Source: Gammaproteobacteria bacterium (GTDB lineage: Bacteria; Pseudomonadota; Gammaproteobacteria; GCA-2400775). From it: a stretch of DNA of 44,357 nt. Location: positions 1 through 44,357 of the forward strand of contig JAESQP010000114.1 in NCBI GenBank assembly GCA_016765075.1, in the 5' to 3' direction. Positions 40,136-44,357 of the stretch are shown here, one piece after another (the first letter of the stretch is position 1; every line of letters starts with the position of its first letter). The translations under genes and the position numbers were made by a program. The notes beneath the pieces are model-generated. The model had not been told where the DNA came from and did no database searches. It saw only the letters and a program-made list of their open reading frames with translations.

Positions 40136-41506
40136 ATGTCCTCGCTTAAAGCGCGGCTATTGATCGCACTCACCATTGTGTTGATGCTATTTTTTGGTGT
40201 CACTGGAGTAACGCTGGAGCGTGCCTTTACCAATAGTGCCAAGGGTAGTTTGTACGATCGGCTAGAGGGTTATGCTGGCGTGCTTATCGCATTGTCTGAA
40301 CAAAGTGAAGAAGGCGTTGCGCGTTTGATTGATGTTTTGCCTGAGGAGCGTTTCAATTATTCTAATTCTGGCCTGTATGCACGCTTTGTCAGCAACGATG
40401 GTCAATATGGTTGGTATTCGGCATCGATGGCAGGTCGGGATATTCCCTTTCGTTCTGGTCTTGCCAGTGGCAATAGCAGTTTCGAGCGGATAGAGATGCA
40501 AGAGTCTGATGATGCAGAAGATGTCTATGCATTTAGTATTGGAGTCACCTGGGGTGTTGATACCGATGATGAGCTTGATAATGCAACGGGCTATACCTTT
40601 AGCATTGCCGAAGCCTCTGCCGATGTCGATGAGCGGATCGCAAATTTTCGCCGTATTCTGTGGGGTTGGCTCGGTACTGTGTCACTAATTTTGTTGGCAG
40701 TGCAAGGTAGTGTTTTGCACTGGAGCCTGGTGCCGTTAAGACGCGCAGAAAAAGACCTCGATGCGATTAAGAGTGGTAGCAAGGCCAGCTTAAGTGGTGC
40801 TTATCCAAAAGAATTATTGGGTTTGACTGAAAATATTAACTCATTAATTCACAGTAATCATGAGCGTCTACTACGCTATCGCAATACCCTGGATAATCTT
40901 GCGCACAGTTTAAAAACGCCGCTGGCATTGATGCGTAGCACAATAGAAAGTAATACTGCCATCGATGATAAAACGACCAAGATCTTTGATGAGCAGATTG
41001 AGCGTATGCGCAGCATTATTGACTCTCAGTTGCGCCGTGCCGCGACATCGGGCGGCGAATCGATAACGGTACCGATTGCTATTTCCAGCATCGCGTCCAA
41101 GATTCTTTTAGCCTTAGAAAAAGTGCATGCTGAAAAACACGTATCGACACGCTTGCTTGATACGCATAAGGCCAAAATTCGTATGGATGAGAGTGACCTT
41201 TACGAATTACTGGGTAATTTATTAGATAATGCCTTTAAGTGGTGTCATAAGCGCGTTGAGGTGAGCATTCATGTTTCGGAGCCTGGCGAAGTTGTCATTG
41301 TTATTGAAGATGATGGACAGGGCATTGCAGAAGACATGGTTGATCAAGTGTTGCGGCGTGGCGCGCGCGCTGATACATCTACACCTGGTCAGGGTATAGG
41401 GCTTTCTGCGGCTGCTGAAATTATTAATATTTATAAGGGTGTGATGACCATTGGTCGCAGCCGCTTACAAGGTGCGGCGATTACTCTCAGGTTGCCGCAA
41501 CATTGA
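40136..41506 (+). CDS. Sensor histidine kinase (PhoQ-like)
   Basis: Two TM helices flank a ~150-aa periplasmic domain with the acidic stretch ESDDAED. HAMP region, H-box NLAHSLKTPLALM, N-box LLDNAFKW, G-boxes EDDGQGI and GQGIGL. Confidence 0.85.
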   Translation: MSSLKARLLIALTIVLMLFFGVTGVTLERAFTNSAKGSLYDRLEGYAGVLIALSEQSEEGVARLIDVLPEERFNYSNSGLYARFVSNDGQYGWYSASMAGRDIPFRSGLASGNSSFERIEMQESDDAEDVYAFSIGVTWGVDTDDELDNATGYTFSIAEASADVDERIANFRRILWGWLGTVSLILLAVQGSVLHWSLVPLRRAEKDLDAIKSGSKASLSGAYPKELLGLTENINSLIHSNHERLLRYRNTLDNLAHSLKTPLALMRSTIESNTAIDDKTTKIFDEQIERMRSIIDSQLRRAATSGGESITVPIAISSIASKILLALEKVHAEKHVSTRLLDTHKAKIRMDESDLYELLGNLLDNAFKWCHKRVEVSIHVSEPGEVVIVIEDDGQGIAEDMVDQVLRRGARADTSTPGQGIGLSAAAEIINIYKGVMTIGRSRLQGAAITLRLPQH

Positions 41507-41578
41507 TTGCCAATGTATGGCGGCCTGTTGGATTTAGAGAGCTTTATCTCTTTCCTTATCAGCCTTTATAATATTACT

Positions 41579-42634
41579 ATGAATCAGATATTTTCTAAGC
41601 ATTTGCCATTATTCCTGTTTATCACTTTATTCCTCTCTTTTACTGTGAACGCAGTAAGCGTGACGGATCTACACAGCGCCAGCGTTATTGTCAGTGATCA
41701 GGGTGATACCGAGCGTCAACGTGGATTACAACGCGCATTGGCGCAAGTGCTGGTCAAGCTTAGCGGTAGTCGTAGTGTCTTGGTTGAAGCTCAGGTAAAG
41801 CAAGCCATTAACAAGCCCCTGCGTTATCTGAGTCAATTTGGCTATAGCAATGATAGTGGTGCTCAGCGACTTAACGTCGAGTTTGATGAAACCGCTGTCA
41901 ACGACCTGTTGCTCAATAATAATCTCCCATTATGGCAGGCAGAGCGTCCCTCAGTGTTGCTGTGGCTGGTGGTGGAAAAAGCCAATAAACGACAACTGAT
42001 TGGCGCCAATAGCCATCCTCACACTCAAGATGCGATTGAACAATCGATGCAGAGGCGCGGTATACCTTATTTTCTGCCGCTGTTAGATCTTGATGATCGT
42101 GCCTTAGTTTCCGTGGCTGAAGTGTGGGGTGGTTTTCGTGATGTGATCCGTCAAGCATCCATTCGCTATTCGCCTGAAGCAACCGTAATAGGGCGTTTAT
42201 ACCAAGCCGCTGGTGGTTGGCGCAGCCATTGGTCATTACTTAACGAAGATGGTTCGACTGATATTTGGGATGCTGAGGGCAATAATGAGGCAGCCGTATT
42301 GGCCGCTGGGATAGACGCTTTGGCAGACAGATTGGGTCGTCGCTATGCAAGCCGGATTGATAATACGCGGCGCGCCATTGTCACGCTATCCGTCAATAAT
42401 ATTAGTGGTGTTGAAGACTACGCTAAGGCATTGGCGTATCTTGAGTCATTAAACTTTGTTGATCGTGTTAGCGTACACGAAGTGCGCGGTGCCAATGCCA
42501 GCTTTATCGTGCGTTATAAAGGTCATCTCGACGATGTTAGGGCTAGCATTGAGCGTGGTAGCGTTTTACGATCTAGTGCTAGCACACAGTTTTCTTTTAA
42601 TGACGATACGTTGAGTTATAGCTTAGTTCCGTGA
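41579..42634 (+). CDS. DUF2066 domain protein (secreted)
   Basis: From the ATG at 41579: MNQIFSKHLPLFLFITLFLSFTVNA signal peptide. Conserved hda-neighbour position. The family assignment is from memory. Confidence 0.6.
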   Translation: MNQIFSKHLPLFLFITLFLSFTVNAVSVTDLHSASVIVSDQGDTERQRGLQRALAQVLVKLSGSRSVLVEAQVKQAINKPLRYLSQFGYSNDSGAQRLNVEFDETAVNDLLLNNNLPLWQAERPSVLLWLVVEKANKRQLIGANSHPHTQDAIEQSMQRRGIPYFLPLLDLDDRALVSVAEVWGGFRDVIRQASIRYSPEATVIGRLYQAAGGWRSHWSLLNEDGSTDIWDAEGNNEAAVLAAGIDALADRLGRRYASRIDNTRRAIVTLSVNNISGVEDYAKALAYLESLNFVDRVSVHEVRGANASFIVRYKGHLDDVRASIERGSVLRSSASTQFSFNDDTLSYSLVP

Positions 42635-43179
42635 CACAACGCGATATACCGAACCTGATCAGTATTTTTAGAATACTCTTGGTATTGCCCATCGTTTATC
42701 TGTTGTACCATCAACAACTTGTTTTTGCCTTGGTCTTATTTGTTATTGCTGGTGTTTCCGATGGTGTCGATGGTTATCTGGCAAAGCGTAATGGTTGGAT
42801 CAGTACGCTAGGCACTTTTCTTGACCCGCTTGCTGATAAAACGCTACTAATCAGCAGTTACCTTGTTCTCGGTTGGGTTGGTTTGCTGCCTGTTTGGTTG
42901 GTTGCGACCGTTATTCTGCGCGATATTATTATTGTTATCGGTTCCTTGGGCTATTTTGTTTTAATTGGCCGCGTTGATATGGCACCATCGATTATTAGTA
43001 AAATTAATACAGGTGTGCAAATAACGCTAGTGGTAGTAGTGTTGCTGATTAGTTTGATAAGCGGGCTAGAAATTATTATTACGCCCCTGGTTTATATTGT
43101 CTTTGCAACCACTGTGCTTAGCGGTATTGACTACGTTTGGATATGGAGTAAAAAAGCCTGGTTGAACCGTAGCCAGTAA
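42631..43179 (+). CDS. CDP-alcohol phosphatidyltransferase family protein (PgsA-like)
   Basis: Signature DG-x2-AR-x8-G-x3-D-x3-D seen as SDGVDGYLAKRNGWISTLGTFLDPLADK. GTG start overlaps the upstream TGA (GTGA). Confidence 0.8.
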   Translation: MTQRDIPNLISIFRILLVLPIVYLLYHQQLVFALVLFVIAGVSDGVDGYLAKRNGWISTLGTFLDPLADKTLLISSYLVLGWVGLLPVWLVATVILRDIIIVIGSLGYFVLIGRVDMAPSIISKINTGVQITLVVVVLLISLISGLEIIITPLVYIVFATTVLSGIDYVWIWSKKAWLNRSQ

Positions 43180-43193
43180 TAGGCGTCTTCCCT

Positions 43194-43877
43194 ATGACAC
43201 AACTAGCACTAGACCTACATTTGCGCGATGATTTCAACTTTGATAGTTATTCTTCTTCATCAAACCAGCAACTTGTTTCTGTATTAAGCACTGTACATGC
43301 AGAGCATCCCTTATATTTTTGGGGGGAAGCTGGTAGTGGTAAAACACATCTTCTACACGCTTTATTGAGCCAGCAGGTTCGGCAGGGGAAAGCAGTTGCA
43401 TTGTTATCATTAAAAAATAGTCAACGGCCAGATAGTCGGGTGTGTGAAGGGTTAGAACAATGCCGCCTTATTTGTATAGACGATATTGATGCAATTATTG
43501 ATGATCGAGCCTGGCAACAAGCCCTGTTTCATTTGCTTAATCGTGCGAAAGTAAGCGATACGAATATGGTGATTAGTGGCCGTTATTCACCACAATACTT
43601 GAATGTGTTTGCAGATCTTCAGTCGCGTCTTGCTGCAAGCCTAATTTTTGAACAGCAGGTATTAACGGATATTGAAAAAGTAGCTGCCCTGCAGCAACGC
43701 GCAAAAATGCGTGGTTTAGATTTAGCTGATGATGTGGCAAATTATTTAATTAGTCGCGCGCAGCGAGGCACGCATAGCTTATTTGGGTTACTTGATAAGC
43801 TTGATAAGCACTCGTTGATGAAGCAACGAGGGTTAACGGTACCATTGGTGAAGGAAGTATTGTTTGCAGCCGAGTAG
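43194..43877 (+). CDS. hda: DnaA regulatory inactivator Hda
   Basis: N-terminal clamp-binding-like QLALDL, Walker A GEAGSGKTHLL, ICIDDID, typical length of ~227 aa. Confidence 0.85.
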   Translation: MTQLALDLHLRDDFNFDSYSSSSNQQLVSVLSTVHAEHPLYFWGEAGSGKTHLLHALLSQQVRQGKAVALLSLKNSQRPDSRVCEGLEQCRLICIDDIDAIIDDRAWQQALFHLLNRAKVSDTNMVISGRYSPQYLNVFADLQSRLAASLIFEQQVLTDIEKVAALQQRAKMRGLDLADDVANYLISRAQRGTHSLFGLLDKLDKHSLMKQRGLTVPLVKEVLFAAE

Positions 43878-44104
43878 TTATTGTATGAATGTTTTTGTGT
43901 AACATTATTTTTCGTTGACTTATTCAGAGCGGCCTTAAATATATTACGGACTCGCGCTGCGAGGGCGAGTAGTCTCCGATAGGCAACGCTGTATTATTTT
44001 TTCGTAATTAGGAGCGTTAGCGAGTGATGGAGAAGAAAATAATACAGCTATAGTTGCTGTAGAGCCATTGAGGTAGTGTTACGAGCCAGCGACGAGCTTG
44101 CGAC

Positions 44105-44357
44105 ACTATCGGGGGTGGAATATGTGCAAATTGATGTCGGCCTGCCCAAAAAACCAGCGTGGCTATTAACATTAAGATGCCAGGCACGGCAAAGGCAACA
44201 CTTGCGCCATAATATTTTAACAGTCAGGGTGTGAATAGAAACGAGATAAAGGCACCGAGATTGATGGCAAAATAGAACCAGCTATAGGTGGTGCTGAGTA
44301 GGTGTTGATTGCTTTGACCGAATTGATCACCGACGTGAGAAGTGACACAGGGTTTAA
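44105..44357 (-). pseudogene. Remnant of a POT/PTR2-family proton-dependent oligopeptide transporter (5' part beyond window, in-frame TGA, 3' part missing)
   Basis: The minus-strand frame reads [81 protein letters not shown]. This is the PTR2 signature region, with TGA (44224-44226) where Trp is expected. The frame then degenerates and stops at 44017-44019, about 300 codons short of a normal POT protein. Confidence 0.65.

Overview
This window looks like a core chromosomal segment of a gammaproteobacterium with mid-40s % G+C by eye. That assignment rests on synteny: rnfABCDGE-nth, metG / apbC(mrp) / dcd, purMN, hda, argDF, argG, sodB, grxD and rnt. The first ~6.5 kb is the edge of a surface-polysaccharide locus: an SGNH/lectin exoprotein, an LbH acetyltransferase, a GT2, an unknown protein and a WcaJ-type priming transferase. 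I found no defence island, prophage, CRISPR array, tRNA or rRNA. Three things stand out. (1) A heterotetramer-type 2-oxoacid (pyruvate) dehydrogenase operon has E2 and E3 encoded as one uninterrupted 1003-codon ORF, while its E1-beta gene carries an in-frame TGA. (2) At least four families of small palindromic MITE-like elements are present, two of them in two copies each. All four copies of those two families abut the 3' end of a gene so that the gene's stop codon lies in the element terminus, and one copy sits inside the rnf operon. (3) Two more conserved genes are damaged: an fxsA-like gene split by an in-frame TAA in an AT-rich islet, and a POT-family transporter remnant with TGA at a conserved Trp and a truncated 3' part. 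Together these suggest a genome with active small-element proliferation and early gene decay, or local assembly errors. Every call comes from reading the translated ORFs and the DNA by eye; no searches were run. Family names therefore rest on recognised motifs, and several start codons were re-picked by me.
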